This document shows, piece by piece, positions 1-14,089 of a stretch of 64,000 bases of DNA (positions are counted from its first letter, which is position 1; the number at the start of each line of letters is the position of its first letter). The stretch spans positions 1,036,706-1,100,705 of the forward strand of contig CAWJMD010000008.1 in the NCBI GenBank assembly GCA_963843835.1, read 5' to 3'. Under the pieces are notes generated by a model. That model was not told where the DNA came from and searched no databases. It saw only the letters and a program-made list of their open reading frames with translations. The DNA comes from an uncultured Actinomycetota bacterium (lineage in GTDB: Bacteria; Actinomycetota; Actinomycetes; Actinomycetales; CAWJMD01). The translations under genes and the position numbers were made by a program.

Positions 1-315
1 GTGGGCCGCCTTGGCCAGCAGGTCGGCGGTGGCCGGGGCCACCACGACCAGGTCGGCCTGTTGCCCGAGCCGCACGTGCGGGACCTCGGGCACGTCGTCG
101 AAGACGTCGGTGGTGACCTTCTGCCCCGACAGGGCCTCCCACGTCGGGGCGCCGACGAAGCGCAGCGCCGCCGCCGTCGGGACCACGCGGACGCGGTAGC
201 CGCTCTCGGTGAGCAGCCGCAGCAGGGAGCACGCCTTGTAGGCGGCGATGCCCCCGGCCACGCCGAGGACCACCTGCTGCGGCGGGACGGCCCCCGCGAC
301 GCCGTCCGACGTCAT
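1..315 (-). CDS. coaBC: Phosphopantothenoylcysteine decarboxylase/synthetase CoaBC, N-terminal fragment (continues beyond window start)
   Basis: Own minus-strand translation from the ATG at 315 gives MTSDGVAGAVPPQQVVLGVAGGIAAYKACSLLRLL..., the flavoprotein N-domain. It lies 4 nt after the rpoZ stop in the canonical gmk-rpoZ-coaBC order. It is missing from the ORF track only because it is truncated. Confidence 0.85.
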   Translation of the reverse strand, partial: MTSDGVAGAVPPQQVVLGVAGGIAAYKACSLLRLLTESGYRVRVVPTAAALRFVGAPTWEALSGQKVTTDVFDDVPEVPHVRLGQQADLVVVAPATADLLAKAAH

Positions 316-319
316 GAGG

Positions 320-583
320 TCAGCCCTCGGTGGGCTCGCAGGTCAGCAGCCCCGAGTTGATCTCGCGGAGCGCGACCGACAGGGGCTTCTCCTGCACGTG
401 CGTCTCGACCAGCGGGCCGACGTACTCGAGCAGACCCTCGGAGAGCTGCGAGTAGTAGGCGTTGATCTGACGGGCGCGCTTCGCGCCGTAGATCACCAGG
501 GCGTACTTGGAGTCGGCGGCCTGCAGCAGGTCGTCGATCGGCGGGTTGGTGATGCCCTCGGGGCGTGCAGTGGTTCCGGACAC
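320..583 (-). CDS. rpoZ: DNA-directed RNA polymerase subunit omega
   Basis: 87-aa ORF with a GTG start preceded by GGAGA. The sequence ...[34 protein letters not shown]... is typical RpoZ, and the gene sits between gmk and coaBC. Confidence 0.93.
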   Translation of the reverse strand: MSGTTARPEGITNPPIDDLLQAADSKYALVIYGAKRARQINAYYSQLSEGLLEYVGPLVETHVQEKPLSVALREINSGLLTCEPTEG

Positions 584-673
584 GCGGTTTCTCCAGATTC
601 GGTGGGGGTCGTCTCGTCCGTGCTCGATGCCTGTCTCGTGCCTGTGCTCGGGTCGACCCGAGCCGTGCGGCCG

Positions 674-1249
674 TCAGGCCGGACGCAGACCCATCAAGTG
701 TACGAGATCGTCGGTCGCTTTCCGAACGTCCGCGTTGACGACGGTCACGTCGAACTCCGGCTCGGCCGCCATCTCCACCCGGGCCGTGCTGAGGCGACGC
801 TCCCGCTCCTCCTCCGACTCGGTGCCCCGGCCGACGAGCCGACGCACCAGCTCCTCCCAGCTGGGGGGCGCGAGGAAGACGAAGAGCGCCTCCGGCATGG
901 ACGCCTTCACCTGCCGGGCTCCCTGCAGGTCGATCTCCAGAAGGGCCGGGCGGCCGTCGTCCAGGACGCGTTGGACGGGCTCGCGGGGCGTGCCGTACCG
1001 GTGCCGGCCGTGGACGACGGCCCACTCGAGCAGCTCACCCGAGTCGATCATCTGGTCGAACCGCGCGTCGTCGACGAAGTGGTAGTGCACCCCGTCCCGC
1101 TCCCCCGGCCGCGGCGGCCGGGTGGTGGCGGAGACGGACAGCCAGACGTCGGGGTAGCGGGCGCGGATGTCGGCGGAGACGGTGCCCTTGCCCACAGCGG
1201 TCGGTCCGGCGAGCACCGTGAGGCGGGCCGGGCGCGTGTCCTGCGCCAC
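674..1249 (-). CDS. gmk: Guanylate kinase
   Basis: 191 aa with P-loop GPTAVGKGT and a ...[21 protein letters not shown]... signature. GTG start lies 2 nt after the mihF stop. Confidence 0.93.
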   Translation of the reverse strand: MAQDTRPARLTVLAGPTAVGKGTVSADIRARYPDVWLSVSATTRPPRPGERDGVHYHFVDDARFDQMIDSGELLEWAVVHGRHRYGTPREPVQRVLDDGRPALLEIDLQGARQVKASMPEALFVFLAPPSWEELVRRLVGRGTESEEERERRLSTARVEMAAEPEFDVTVVNADVRKATDDLVHLMGLRPA

Positions 1250-1251
1250 CG

Positions 1252-1566
1252 TCAGCGGTCGAAGCGCTCGACCAGCGCCTTGACCTGGTGCGTGCCGAGC
1301 CCGCGGACGCGCCGCGACTCGGAGATGCCGATCTCGTCCATGATCTGGCGGGCGCGCACCTTGCCGACCCCGGGGAGCGACTCGAGCAGAGCGCTGACCT
1401 TCATCTTGCCCACCGCGTCGTCGGCCTGGCCCTCGGCGATCACGTCCGCCAGCGACCCCTGCGCGTACTTCAGGCGGTTCTTCACCTGTGCGCGAGTGCG
1501 ACGAGCCTCCTTGGCCTTCTCGGTGGCGGCTGCGCGCTGCTCGGGGGTCAGTGGTGGCAGTGCCAC
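1252..1566 (-). CDS. mihF: Integration host factor, actinobacterial type (mIHF)
   Basis: C-terminal 104 aa of the 1252..3582 ORF: [33 protein letters not shown]...[22 protein letters not shown].... In-frame GTG at 1566 with GAGGTGA upstream. The rest of the 776-aa ORF is an Arg/Gly-rich GC artefact. Confidence 0.88.
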   Translation of the reverse strand: MALPPLTPEQRAAATEKAKEARRTRAQVKNRLKYAQGSLADVIAEGQADDAVGKMKVSALLESLPGVGKVRARQIMDEIGISESRRVRGLGTHQVKALVERFDR

Positions 1567-1706
1567 GAGGTCACCTCTGGCGTCGTCCGGTCGGGCGGTC
1601 CAGGCTGCTGCGGGGCGGCTGGCTGGTCCCGGTGAACCTAGCGACTGGCGGTCGGGGCAGGCAACGGCGGGGGTCGGCATCCGGGTGAACCCGGCCGGCA
1701 GGCAGC

Positions 1707-1736
1707 GGGGCCGGCTGGTGGCTCCCAGCCGGCCCC
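1707..1736 (-). terminator. GC-rich hairpin downstream of the S8 protease gene
   Basis: GGGGCCGGCTGG-tggctc-CCAGCCGGCCCC, a perfect 12-bp stem, 19 nt past the stop at 1755. There is no U-tract, which is common in high-GC actinobacteria. Confidence 0.55.
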
Positions 1737-1754
1737 GCGTCCCCTGCTGGTGCG

Positions 1755-2813
1755 TCAGCTGTTGACGGCCGCCAGGGCGTCGACGATGCCGTGGCCGTAC
1801 GCCGGGGTGTAGGTGCCGCGCGTCCCTGCGCCGGGGGTGACGGCGGTGGTGAGCAGCGCGTTCTCCACCTGGGAGACCGTGCGCCCCTGGGCGTAGAGGA
1901 GCGCCGCGACGCCGGCAACGTGCGGGGTGGCCATCGAGGTGCCCGCGTAGGCGTCGTAGTCGGCCTGGCCGCAGCCGGCCGAGCCGGTGCCACGCGGCAC
2001 CGTCGACCAGATGTCGTCGTCGCACGACGTCAGGCCCGCGCCGCCGGGGCCGGCCATGGAGCGGCGGTCGGCCTTGTTCGGCAGCTCGGAGTACCAGGCC
2101 TTGACGCCCTGGCGGTCGGTCGCGCCGATACAGATGGCGGCGCTGTTGAACGCCGGGTCGTTGCAGAGGGCGGTCGAGCTGTTGCCCGCCGCGGCCACCG
2201 TGAGCACGCCGTTGGACCTGGCGTAGGCGATGGCGTCGGCCATCTCCGAGTCCAGGCCGGAGATCGAGAAGAGCTGGCCGCCGGGGATGGAGCCGAGCGA
2301 CAGGTTGACCACGTCCGCGCCGTGGTCGGTCGCCCACCGGATGCCGTCGGCGATGTCCTCGGACGAGCCGGACCCGTCCTCGAGCACCTTCACGGGCAGG
2401 ATCTTGGCGCTCGGTGCGACACCGACGACGCCGATCCCGTTGCCGCGCACCGCGGCGATGGTGCCGGCCACGTGGGTGCCGTGCTCGTCGCCGTTGTTGA
2501 CCCCGTCCGGGCCCTTGAAGTCGCCGTTGCCGCAGGGACGCTGGTTCGCGGGGCAGCCGGTGAACGTGGCGCCCTGCAGGATCTGGCCCTGCAGGTCGGG
2601 CTGGCTGAAGTCGATGCCGGTGTCCACCACGGCCACGACGGCGCCGGCGCCGGTGCTCTTGGCCCACGCCTGCTCTGCCTTGATCTGCTGGAGTCCCCAG
2701 AGCTTGCCGTAGAGCGGGTCGTTGGTGCTCGCGTGAGCCGCTCCGGACGACAGCACGCCTACCAGGGCGAGGGTGCCGGCCGCGAGGGCGCCGTTGAGTC
2801 CGCGAAGTCGCAT
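1755..2813 (-). CDS. Secreted subtilisin-like serine protease (peptidase S8)
   Basis: 352 aa with signal peptide MRLRGLNGALAAGTLALVGVLSSGAAHA. Catalytic triad motifs are VVDTGID, HGTHVAG and GTSMATPHVAG. Confidence 0.9.
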   Translation of the reverse strand: MRLRGLNGALAAGTLALVGVLSSGAAHASTNDPLYGKLWGLQQIKAEQAWAKSTGAGAVVAVVDTGIDFSQPDLQGQILQGATFTGCPANQRPCGNGDFKGPDGVNNGDEHGTHVAGTIAAVRGNGIGVVGVAPSAKILPVKVLEDGSGSSEDIADGIRWATDHGADVVNLSLGSIPGGQLFSISGLDSEMADAIAYARSNGVLTVAAAGNSSTALCNDPAFNSAAICIGATDRQGVKAWYSELPNKADRRSMAGPGGAGLTSCDDDIWSTVPRGTGSAGCGQADYDAYAGTSMATPHVAGVAALLYAQGRTVSQVENALLTTAVTPGAGTRGTYTPAYGHGIVDALAAVNS

Positions 2814-2933
2814 GTGCCTGACCTTTCGGGTCGTCGATCGTGTCAGCGCGGGAGAACCCGCTACACGACGACAACGAGGAAGGGCCCGAAAAGGTACGAA
2901 ATCGGCTCCTCGCGGGGCCGGACGCTCTGCGGT

Positions 2934-3692
2934 CTACGCGGTGGACCAGCCGCCGTCCGCGGTCACCATCGCGCCGTTGACGTCCGAGGCCTCGTCGCTC
3001 AGCAGCCACGAGATGACCGCTGCGATCTCGTCCGGCTGGGCGGTCTGACGCATCGTGGCCATCGACAGCTGCGCCTTGCCCATCGCCCACTCCGACTTCG
3101 GGGCGGCGGTCGACCCGATCGCCGTCTCCACTGGCCCCGGCAGCACCGCGTTGCACCGGATGTTCTCGTACCCGTAGAAGTAGGCCACGCTCTTCACCAG
3201 CCCGAGGACCCCGTGCTTGGACGAGGTGTAGGCGACTCCCGAGGCCCCTGCCCCCAGCGAGGCCTTCGACGCGACAGTGACGATGGCGCCGCGCCCGGAC
3301 GCCTGCATCAGGGGCAGGACCGCCCGGGTCAGGCGCATCACGCCGGTGAGGTTGACGTCGATGACGCGGTTCCACGTCTCGTCGTCGACCTCGGTCAGCG
3401 GCAGGAAGTGGTCCATGATCCCGGCGACGTTGGCGAGCAGGTCGACCCGTTCGCCGGCTGCGGCGACGAGGCGGTCGACGTCCGCCTGAACCGTCACGTC
3501 GGCCAGCACCAGGTCGGCGCTCACGCCGGCCTCCGAGAGGGCCTTGTCCGTCTCGGACATCGCCTCCTCGTTCACGTCGCACCCGACGACGCGTGCGCCC
3601 TCCTGTGCGAGGCGCAGCACGGTCGCCCGCCCGATCCCGCTGGCGGCCCCCGTGACCAGCGCCACCTTGTCGACGTGCCGGCTGGTGTCCAT
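2934..3692 (-). CDS. Short-chain dehydrogenase/reductase (SDR) family oxidoreductase
   Basis: The in-frame ATG at 3692 gives MDTSRHVDKVALVTGAASGIGRAT... (TGxxxGIG Rossmann motif) and a YTSSK catalytic Y-x3-K. The upstream 92 codons of the listed ORF are Arg/Pro-rich and probably non-coding. Confidence 0.85.
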   Translation of the reverse strand: MDTSRHVDKVALVTGAASGIGRATVLRLAQEGARVVGCDVNEEAMSETDKALSEAGVSADLVLADVTVQADVDRLVAAAGERVDLLANVAGIMDHFLPLTEVDDETWNRVIDVNLTGVMRLTRAVLPLMQASGRGAIVTVASKASLGAGASGVAYTSSKHGVLGLVKSVAYFYGYENIRCNAVLPGPVETAIGSTAAPKSEWAMGKAQLSMATMRQTAQPDEIAAVISWLLSDEASDVNGAMVTADGGWSTA

Positions 3693-3798
3693 GGCGCTCT
3701 CCGCTCCCGCGGCCACCCGGCGCGGCCGCTCCGCTCCGACGCTAGGCGAGCTCGCACGCGGGGTCTGGTGTCGAAGGTCCCGTGCAGCCCTCCGGAGG

Positions 3799-4674
3799 TC
3801 AGGAGCCGAGGGCGTCCGCGCACTGCTCGGCCGTGCGGCGGGCGGCATCGCGCAGGGTCCTGAGATCCGGTCCCGCACCGAGGACCTCGCGGCTCGACGC
3901 GGCGAGCACGTTGCCGCGGGCGGAGCCGAAGACCCGGCGCAGGTCGTCAGCCGTGGCCCCCTGGGCACCGATCCCTGGCGCGAGCAGGGGCCCTCGTGCC
4001 GCGGCGAGGTCGATGCCCAGCCTCTCGACCGACTCGCCGACGGTGGCCCCGACGACCAGGCCGACGTTGCCGAGGGCTCCAGGATCCGTTGCCACGGTGG
4101 CGTTCTCGGCCGCGACGGCGTCCACCATCGCGGCGGCGACCGACCGTCCGTCCGAGCACGTCGCCTGCTGGACCTGCGCGCCTTCGGGGTTGGACGTGAG
4201 CCCGAGCACGAACACGCCCTTGCCGGTCATCCCGGCGAGGTCGAGCAGCGGCCGCAGCGAACCGAACCCGAGGTAGGGACTGACCGTCACGGCATCGCCC
4301 GCGAGCGTCGAGCTGTGGCCGGCGTACGCGTCCGCGTAGGCGTCCATGGTCGAGCCGATGTCACCACGCTTCGCGTCGACGAGGCAGAGCGTGCCCGAGG
4401 CGCTGAGGTTGCCGACGACCTGCTCGAGGACGGCCACCCCGCGCGAGCCGTGCCGCTCGAAGAACGCCGACTGCGGCTTGACCACGGCGACGTGGCCGGC
4501 CAGCGCCTCCACCGTCCTCAGGGCGAACGACTCCAGGCCGTCGGCGTCGTCCTCGAGGCCCCACGCGTGCAGCAGGTGGGGGTGCGGGTCGATGCCCACG
4601 CAGAGCGGACCGTGCTCGTCCATCGCCGCCCTGAGCCGGGTACCGAACGGGACTGTGTCGGTCGCCTCCGTCAT
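3799..4674 (-). CDS. pyrF: Orotidine 5'-phosphate decarboxylase (type 2)
   Basis: 291 aa from the ATG at 4674: ...GPLCVGIDPHPHLL...VVKPQSAFFE...LVDAKRGDIGSTM.... ATGA overlap with the pyrD stop. Confidence 0.9.
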   Translation of the reverse strand: MTEATDTVPFGTRLRAAMDEHGPLCVGIDPHPHLLHAWGLEDDADGLESFALRTVEALAGHVAVVKPQSAFFERHGSRGVAVLEQVVGNLSASGTLCLVDAKRGDIGSTMDAYADAYAGHSSTLAGDAVTVSPYLGFGSLRPLLDLAGMTGKGVFVLGLTSNPEGAQVQQATCSDGRSVAAAMVDAVAAENATVATDPGALGNVGLVVGATVGESVERLGIDLAAARGPLLAPGIGAQGATADDLRRVFGSARGNVLAASSREVLGAGPDLRTLRDAARRTAEQCADALGS

Positions 4675-5672
4675 GTCGCGCTCCTCTCGGTATGGGCGAC
4701 GCCGACGACGTCGGCGACGCGCGAGATCCCTCGCGCGGCCAGGGCGACGGCGAGCTCGTCGGCGATCCTGGCCGGCGCGGACGGGTCGTTGAAGATCACG
4801 GTGCCGACCTGCACGGCGCTCGCGCCCGCTGCCAGGAACTGCAGGGCGTCCAGACCGGTTCGGATGCCACCGATACCGATGATCGGGGCGGCCGGCAGCT
4901 CCCCGGCGTTCATGGCTCCGGCGATCTGCCAGACGGCGCGGACCGCGACGGCCCGCACCGCAGGTCCCGACAGCCCGCCGGTGACCCCGGCCAGCACCGG
5001 GCGCAGGGTGTCGGTGTCGACGACGAGCCCGAGCAGCGTGTTGATGGCACTCAGGCCGTGCGCACCGCCCTCGAGGCAGGCCCGCGCCACCGAGACGATG
5101 TCGGTCACGTCGGGCGAGAGCTTGGCCAGGACGGGGACGCCGGGAGGCGCCTTCTCGACGACGGCGGCGAGCACGTCGCGCGATGCGAGGGGGTCGCAGG
5201 CGAAGACGAGACCGCGGTTGGCGACGTTGGGGCACGAGATGTTGACCTCGATCGCCGCGACGCCCTCCTCGTCCGCGAGACGGCCTGCCAGCTGGGCGTA
5301 CTCGTCGACGCTGCCGCCGGCGATCGACACGACCGCCGTCGCCCCCTGCTCGCGCAGCCAGGGGAGGTCCTTCTCGCAGAACGCGTCGATGCCCGGGCCC
5401 TGGAGGCCGATCGAGTTGAGCATCCCCGACGGGGTCTCCGCCATACGAGGGGTTGGACGGCCCGAGCGCGGCCTCAGCATGACCGACTTCGTCACCACCG
5501 CGCCGAGGCCGGCGACGTCCACGAAGGGCGCGAGCTCGCGGCCGGCGGCGGCGCAGCCCGACGCGGTCATCACCGGATTGGCCAGGTGCAACCCTGCGAG
5601 GGTGGTCGAGAGGTCCACGGTCGGTGCCGCCGGGGTACCGTGCTGGTTCGTCGTGCTGGTCGTCGTGGTCAT
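4671..5672 (-). CDS. pyrD: Dihydroorotate dehydrogenase, class 1B catalytic subunit
   Basis: 333 aa from the ATG at 5672: ...NPVMTASGC...SIGLQGPGID...EVNISCPNV...GIGGIRTGLDALQF.... It directly follows the pyrK electron-transfer subunit. Confidence 0.9.
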   Translation of the reverse strand: MTTTTSTTNQHGTPAAPTVDLSTTLAGLHLANPVMTASGCAAAGRELAPFVDVAGLGAVVTKSVMLRPRSGRPTPRMAETPSGMLNSIGLQGPGIDAFCEKDLPWLREQGATAVVSIAGGSVDEYAQLAGRLADEEGVAAIEVNISCPNVANRGLVFACDPLASRDVLAAVVEKAPPGVPVLAKLSPDVTDIVSVARACLEGGAHGLSAINTLLGLVVDTDTLRPVLAGVTGGLSGPAVRAVAVRAVWQIAGAMNAGELPAAPIIGIGGIRTGLDALQFLAAGASAVQVGTVIFNDPSAPARIADELAVALAARGISRVADVVGVAHTERSAT

Positions 5673-6582
5673 GACGGACCTCCCGTCGTCGTGCCCGCCG
5701 GGGCCGTGGGCGCGGTCACCGCCGGCGCCGGGACCGGTGCCCCGAGCGCGTCGTCGGGCACCCGGGAGCCACCGCGTCCGATGGCGTCCCAGCGAAGGGC
5801 TCGCCCGCTGAAGACGGGACCCTCGATGCACGAGCGGGTCATGCGGGTCACCCCGTCGTCGCCCACGACCGGGAGCACGCAGGTCATGCACACCCCCACC
5901 CCGCAGGCCATCGACTCCTCCACCGCCAGCTGGGTCTGCACGTCGCGGAGGACGCAGACGGCGTGCACGGCCCGCAGCATGGGCATCGGGCCGCAGGCGT
6001 AGGTGAGCGTGGCGCCGGTGTGCTCGATCAGGTCGGGCATCACGTCGGTCACCAGCCCGCGCGTCCCGGCCGATCCGTCGTCGGTCGTCACGGTCACCGA
6101 GTCGGCGACCGTCGCGAGCTCGTCGTGCCCGAAGAGACGCGCCTCGTCGGCCGCCCCCACGACGACGTCGGCCCGGGACCCGTTGGCGCGCAACGCCACC
6201 GCCAGCCACCCAAGAGGTGCGCTGCCGTACCCGCCACCCACGAGGACGGTCGCCGTCGGTGTCTGCGGCAGCGTGAAGGGACGCCCCAGGGGCCCGAGCA
6301 CGTCGACCACGTCGCCGGGTCGACGCGTCGTGATCCAGCGGGTGCCCGCGCCGTGGGCCGCGACGACCACGTCGACGGTGCCGGCTCCCGCGTCAGCCCG
6401 GTGGAGCGAGAAGGCGCGGCGCAGCAGCAGGCTCGACTCCTCTCCGCCGACCGCCAGTGCGACGAAGTGCCCCGGCCGTGCCTCCGCCGCCACACCGGGC
6501 GCAGCAAGTGTCAGCCGTCGGTACTCCCCGGCGGGCTCGTTGGCGAGCACCTCGGCACGGACCTGGACCGGGCGAGTGTCGC

Positions 6583-6586
<4 letters not shown>
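5669..6586 (-). CDS. pyrK: Dihydroorotate dehydrogenase electron-transfer subunit (FAD/2Fe-2S)
   Basis: 305 aa with a RAFSL FAD-binding motif and the C-terminal cluster CGVGVCMTC...C. ATGA overlaps with both carB and pyrD. Confidence 0.88.
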
Positions 6587-10001
<3,415 letters not shown>

Positions 10002-10002
<1 letters not shown>

Positions 10003-11195
10003 CAGAAGCTCCCCTCGTCCGTCGGTCGCGCTTCGGCGTGTCTACGGTCTTCCGACCCCACCTGCGACCCCGGGTACACGCCGTTCCGCGATGCGGCGAG
10101 GAGGTCGGTGAAGCGGTCGAACAGGTAGCCGGCGTCGTGGGGGCCGGCCGCGGCCTCCGGGTGGTACTGGACGGAGAACGCCGGTACGTCGATGCATCGC
10201 AGCCCCTCGACGACGTCGTCGTTGAGGCAGACGTGCGAGACCTCGGCGCGGCCGTGGGGGGTGTCGAAGGACTCCCCCGCCGTGGTGCCCCCTGGGGCCG
10301 CGACCGCGAAGCCGTGGTTGTGCGACGTCACCTCGACACGACCGGTGACCCGGTCGAGCACCGGCTGGTTGATGCCGCGGTGGCCGTACTTCAGCTTGTA
10401 CGTCGACAGGCCGAGTGCGCGCCCGAGGAGCTGGTTGCCGAAGCAGATGCCGAAGAACGGGATCCTGCGGGCGAGCACCTCGCCGAGCAGGCCGACGACG
10501 GCACCGGCCGCGGACGGGTCACCCGGACCGTTGGAGAAGAAGACGCCGTCGGGGCCCGTGGCCAGCACGTCGTCGATCGACGAGGCGGCCGGCAGCACGT
10601 GGACCTCGATGCCACGCTCCGCCATCAGGGCGGGCGTCATGCCCTTGATGCCGAGGTCCAGCGCGGCGACGGTGAACCGCTTCCCCCCATGTGCGGCAAC
10701 GACGTAGGGCTCGGACGTCGACACCTCGCCGGCGAGGTCGGCGCCGGCCATCGAGGGTGCGGCACGCACCAGCTCGACGAGCCTGTCGACACGCTGCACG
10801 GCGTCGCCGGAGAAGATGCCGACGCGCATGGCGCCCCGCTCGCGCAGGTGCCGGGTCAGGGCCCGGGTGTCGATGCCGCTGATGCCCACGACGCCCTGGG
10901 CGGCGAGCTCGTCGCCGAGGCCGCGGCGCGAGCGCCAGCTCGAGGGGCGGCGTGCCGGGTCGCGCACCACGTAGCCCGAGACCCAGATGCGCGACGACTC
11001 GTCGTCCTCGTCGTTCCAGCCGGTGTTGCCGATGTGCGGGGCCGTCATCACGACGACCTGGCGGTGGTACGACGGGTCCGTGAGGGTCTCCTGGTAGCCG
11101 GTCATCGCGGTGCAGAAGACCGCCTCGCCGACGGTGGACCCGCTGGCGCCGTACTGGTGGCCCGTGAACACGCGGCCGTCCTCGAGCACGAGCAT
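10002..11195 (-). CDS. carA: Carbamoyl-phosphate synthase small (glutaminase) subunit
   Basis: In-frame ATG at 11195 gives [17 protein letters not shown]...[21 protein letters not shown]..., with active-site GICFGNQLL and a HNHG motif. A GTG at 11207 is an alternative start. Confidence 0.9.
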
Positions 11196-11199
11196 CGCC

Positions 11200-11730
11200 T
11201 CAGCCACGTGGTCCCACCCCCTCGACGCCGTCCTGGGACACCGCGGCCACGGCCTCGACGAGGGCCAGTCGGTCGGACTCGATGCGCAGACGCACCCCGG
11301 AGTCGAGATCGAGGTCGCCGAGGCGCCACTCGAGCACGACCAGTCCACCCGCGTCCACGACCTTCCCGGCCAGGCCACGGTCGAGCCGCACCCCGCGCAG
11401 CGCGTCGGAGCCGATCCACACGTCGGGCGCTCCACGCCGGGCCAGCAGCACCCCGCTGGGACCCTCCGTCCCGTGCACGCTCACCTTGACTCCCGAGCGA
11501 GTGCCCAGACCCCCGGCGACGACCCGGTCGAGCCAGCTCTCCGCAGTCGTCGTTCCCGCGTAGGTCCCGTCGGCCGGGCCGAAGACCGTGCGACCCGGCG
11601 CGTCGGGAACGGGAGGCAGCGGCGCGACGCCCTGCTGCCGGCGCGCGCGCGACCTCCACCCCCACCACATCAGCAGCCACACCAGCGGAACGACCGCCAA
11701 GAGCGCGACGCCCACCTGGACCTCGGTCAC
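11200..11730 (-). CDS. Conserved membrane-anchored protein of the actinobacterial pyr operon (PH-like domain, function unknown)
   Basis: 176 aa from the GTG at 11730 (GTGA overlap with the pyrC stop). One TM helix ([20 protein letters not shown]) is followed by a soluble domain. Same position as the uncharacterised gene between pyrC and carA in mycobacteria, from memory. Confidence 0.7.
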   Translation of the reverse strand: MTEVQVGVALLAVVPLVWLLMWWGWRSRARRQQGVAPLPPVPDAPGRTVFGPADGTYAGTTTAESWLDRVVAGGLGTRSGVKVSVHGTEGPSGVLLARRGAPDVWIGSDALRGVRLDRGLAGKVVDAGGLVVLEWRLGDLDLDSGVRLRIESDRLALVEAVAAVSQDGVEGVGPRG

Positions 11731-13079
11731 CGGCTGGCCGCCAGCGTCCCGGCGCTCCGGGACTCCAGGGCGAGCAGGGCGGCCTCCGACAGCGGTGCCG
11801 CCAGGCTCCCCTCGCTCACGGTCGGGTGGCCGTGGAAGAACGTGTGGACCACCTGGCCGGGCAGGTCGAGACCGGCGAACGGGCTGTTCCGCCCGCGGGT
11901 CGCGTGGGTGCGCGGGTCGACGACACGGCGCCGGGACGGGTCGACCAGCACCAGGTGCGCCGGCCCTCCGACCTCCAGCCCGCGGCCCTGGCCCTCCACC
12001 CGTCCGATCCGGGCGGGGTTGGTCGACATCACGCGGGCGACGCCGGCCCAGTCGAGCAGGCCGGTCTCGACCATCGCCTCCTGGACGACGCCGAGCGCCG
12101 TCTCCAGCCCGGTCATCCCCATCGCCGCCGCCGACCACTCGCAGTCCTTGTCCTCGACCGGGTGCGGGGCGTGGTCGGTGCCGACCGCGTCGATCGTGCC
12201 GTCGGCGAGTGCGTGGCGCAGGGCCAGCACGTCCTCCGACGTCCGCAGCGGCGGGTTCACCTTGAACACCGGGTCGTAGCCGCGGACCTGCTCGTGCGTG
12301 AGCAGCAGGTGGTGCGGCGTGACCTCGGCGGTCACGTCGATGCCGCGGGACTTGGCCCAGCGCAGGATCTCGACCGAGCCCGCCGTCGAGACGTGGCAGA
12401 CGTGCAGGCGCGAGCCGACGTGCTCGGTGAGCAGCACGTCGCGCGCGATCACGGCCTCCTCGGCGACCGCCGGCCAGCCGGCGAGACCCAGCACCCCGGA
12501 CAGCTCGCCCTCGTGCATCTGCGCGCCCGCGGTCAGCCGCGGCTCCTGCGCGTGCTGGGCCACGACGCCGCCGAAGGCCTTGACGTACTCCAGCGCGCGC
12601 CGCATCAGCACGGCGTCGTCGACGCAGTGCCCGTCGTCGCTGAACACGCGGACGCGCGCGGCGGAGTCGGCCATCGCGCCCAGCTCGGCGAGCCGCTCAC
12701 CGGCGAGCCCGACCGTGACCGCCCCGACGGGACGCACCTCGCAGTGGCCGGCCAGCCGTCCCAGGCGCCAGACCTGCTCGACCACGCCCGCCGTGTCGGC
12801 CACGGGGTCGGTGTTGGCCATCGCGTGCACGGCGGTGAACCCGCCGAGAGCCGCTGCGGCGGTGCCGGTCTCGACTGTCTCCGCGTCCTCACGACCGGGC
12901 TCGCGCAGGTGCGTGTGCAGGTCGACCAGCCCGGGTAGCGCCACGAGCCCGTCAGCGTCGACGACCGTGGCCCCGTCAGCGGACAGCGAACCTGTCTCCA
13001 CCACGCGGCCGTCACGCAGCAGCAGGTCGGTGGGGTCGCCTCCGAGCACCCGAGCGCCGCGCACCAGGTAGCCACTCAT
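11727..13079 (-). CDS. pyrC: Dihydroorotase
   Basis: 450 aa from the ATG at 13079 (ATGA overlap with pyrB): ...[15 protein letters not shown]...DDGHCV...VCHVST...GTDHAPH.... These are metal-binding motifs of the amidohydrolase family. Confidence 0.92.
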   Translation of the reverse strand: MSGYLVRGARVLGGDPTDLLLRDGRVVETGSLSADGATVVDADGLVALPGLVDLHTHLREPGREDAETVETGTAAAALGGFTAVHAMANTDPVADTAGVVEQVWRLGRLAGHCEVRPVGAVTVGLAGERLAELGAMADSAARVRVFSDDGHCVDDAVLMRRALEYVKAFGGVVAQHAQEPRLTAGAQMHEGELSGVLGLAGWPAVAEEAVIARDVLLTEHVGSRLHVCHVSTAGSVEILRWAKSRGIDVTAEVTPHHLLLTHEQVRGYDPVFKVNPPLRTSEDVLALRHALADGTIDAVGTDHAPHPVEDKDCEWSAAAMGMTGLETALGVVQEAMVETGLLDWAGVARVMSTNPARIGRVEGQGRGLEVGGPAHLVLVDPSRRRVVDPRTHATRGRNSPFAGLDLPGQVVHTFFHGHPTVSEGSLAAPLSEAALLALESRSAGTLAASR

Positions 13080-14089
13080 ACCGTCACCTCTTCCTGGACG
13101 GGCGTCGACACCGGGACGTCCGCAACCGACAGCTCCTCTGCCGCACCGGATCCCGAGAGCAGGATGAACAACGCCGCCATCCGTACCGCGACGCCGTTCG
13201 AGACCTGCTCGACGATCGTCGAGCGCTCGCCGTCCGCCGCCTCGGCCGTGATCTCCAGACCGCGGTTCATCGGGCCCGGGTGCATGACGATCGTGTGGTC
13301 CTCCAGCATCGCGAGGCGGCGCGAGTCGAGGCCGTACCGCCGCGAGTACTCGCGCGCCGAGGGGAAGAAGCCACCTCCCGCCGAGGTCATCCGCTCGCGC
13401 TGGACGCGCAGCATCATCACGGCGTCGACCCCCTCCGCGAGCGAGGAGTCCAGGTCGAAGGAGGTGCGGCACGGCCACGTCCCGACGCCCACGGGGAGCA
13501 GGGTCGGCGGGGCGACCAGGGTGACCTCGGCGCCGAGGGTGTGCAGCAGCAGCACGTTCGACCGCGCCACGCGGCTGTGCAGGACGTCGCCGACGATCGC
13601 GACCCGGCGGCCGCGCAGGTCGGCACCCTGCGGTGTGGCCACCAGGCGACGCCGCATCGTGAACGCGTCGAGCAGCGCCTGGGTCGGGTGCTCGTGCGTG
13701 CCGTCGCCGGCGTTGAGGACGCTTCCCCGGATCCAGCCCGAGTGGGCGAGGCGGTGCGGTGCGCCGGACGAGCCGTGACGCACCACGACGGCGTCCGCCC
13801 CCATCGCCTCGAGCGTCAGCGCCGTGTCCTTGAGGCTCTCGCCCTTGGACACGCTCGAGCCCTTGGCGGAGAAGTTGATCACGTCGGCCGACAGGCGCTT
13901 GGCCGCCGCCTCGAACGAGATCCTCGTGCGGGTGGAGTCCTCGAAGAAGAGGTTGACCACGGTCAGGCCGCGCAGCGTCGGCAGCTTCTTGATCGAGCGC
14001 TGCTGCGTGGCGGCCATCTGCTCGGCGACATCGAGCAGCTCGACCGCCTGGTCGCGGGTGAGGTCGGCTGCCGACAGGAGGTGCCTCAT
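13076..14089 (-). CDS. pyrB: Aspartate carbamoyltransferase catalytic subunit
   Basis: 337 aa: ...[13 protein letters not shown]... (STRTR), ...HPTQALLD..., ...HPGPMNRG.... Confidence 0.95.
   Translation of the reverse strand: MRHLLSAADLTRDQAVELLDVAEQMAATQQRSIKKLPTLRGLTVVNLFFEDSTRTRISFEAAAKRLSADVINFSAKGSSVSKGESLKDTALTLEAMGADAVVVRHGSSGAPHRLAHSGWIRGSVLNAGDGTHEHPTQALLDAFTMRRRLVATPQGADLRGRRVAIVGDVLHSRVARSNVLLLHTLGAEVTLVAPPTLLPVGVGTWPCRTSFDLDSSLAEGVDAVMMLRVQRERMTSAGGGFFPSAREYSRRYGLDSRRLAMLEDHTIVMHPGPMNRGLEITAEAADGERSTIVEQVSNGVAVRMAALFILLSGSGAAEELSVADVPVSTPVQEEVTV

Noticed and set aside
1252-3582. Very long ORFs in the supplied track, e.g. 1252-3582(-), 1791-3863(+), 3544-5811(+), 7255-10128(+), 39205-41826(+), 47449-49131(-), 53196-55349(-)
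   Set aside because: Their translations are Arg/Gly/Pro/Ala-rich low-complexity strings with no motifs. They run antisense to, or out of frame with, genes that have clear family signatures. These are typical stop-codon-poor artefacts of very high GC. Only the motif-bearing sub-segments (for example mihF at 1252-1566) were kept.
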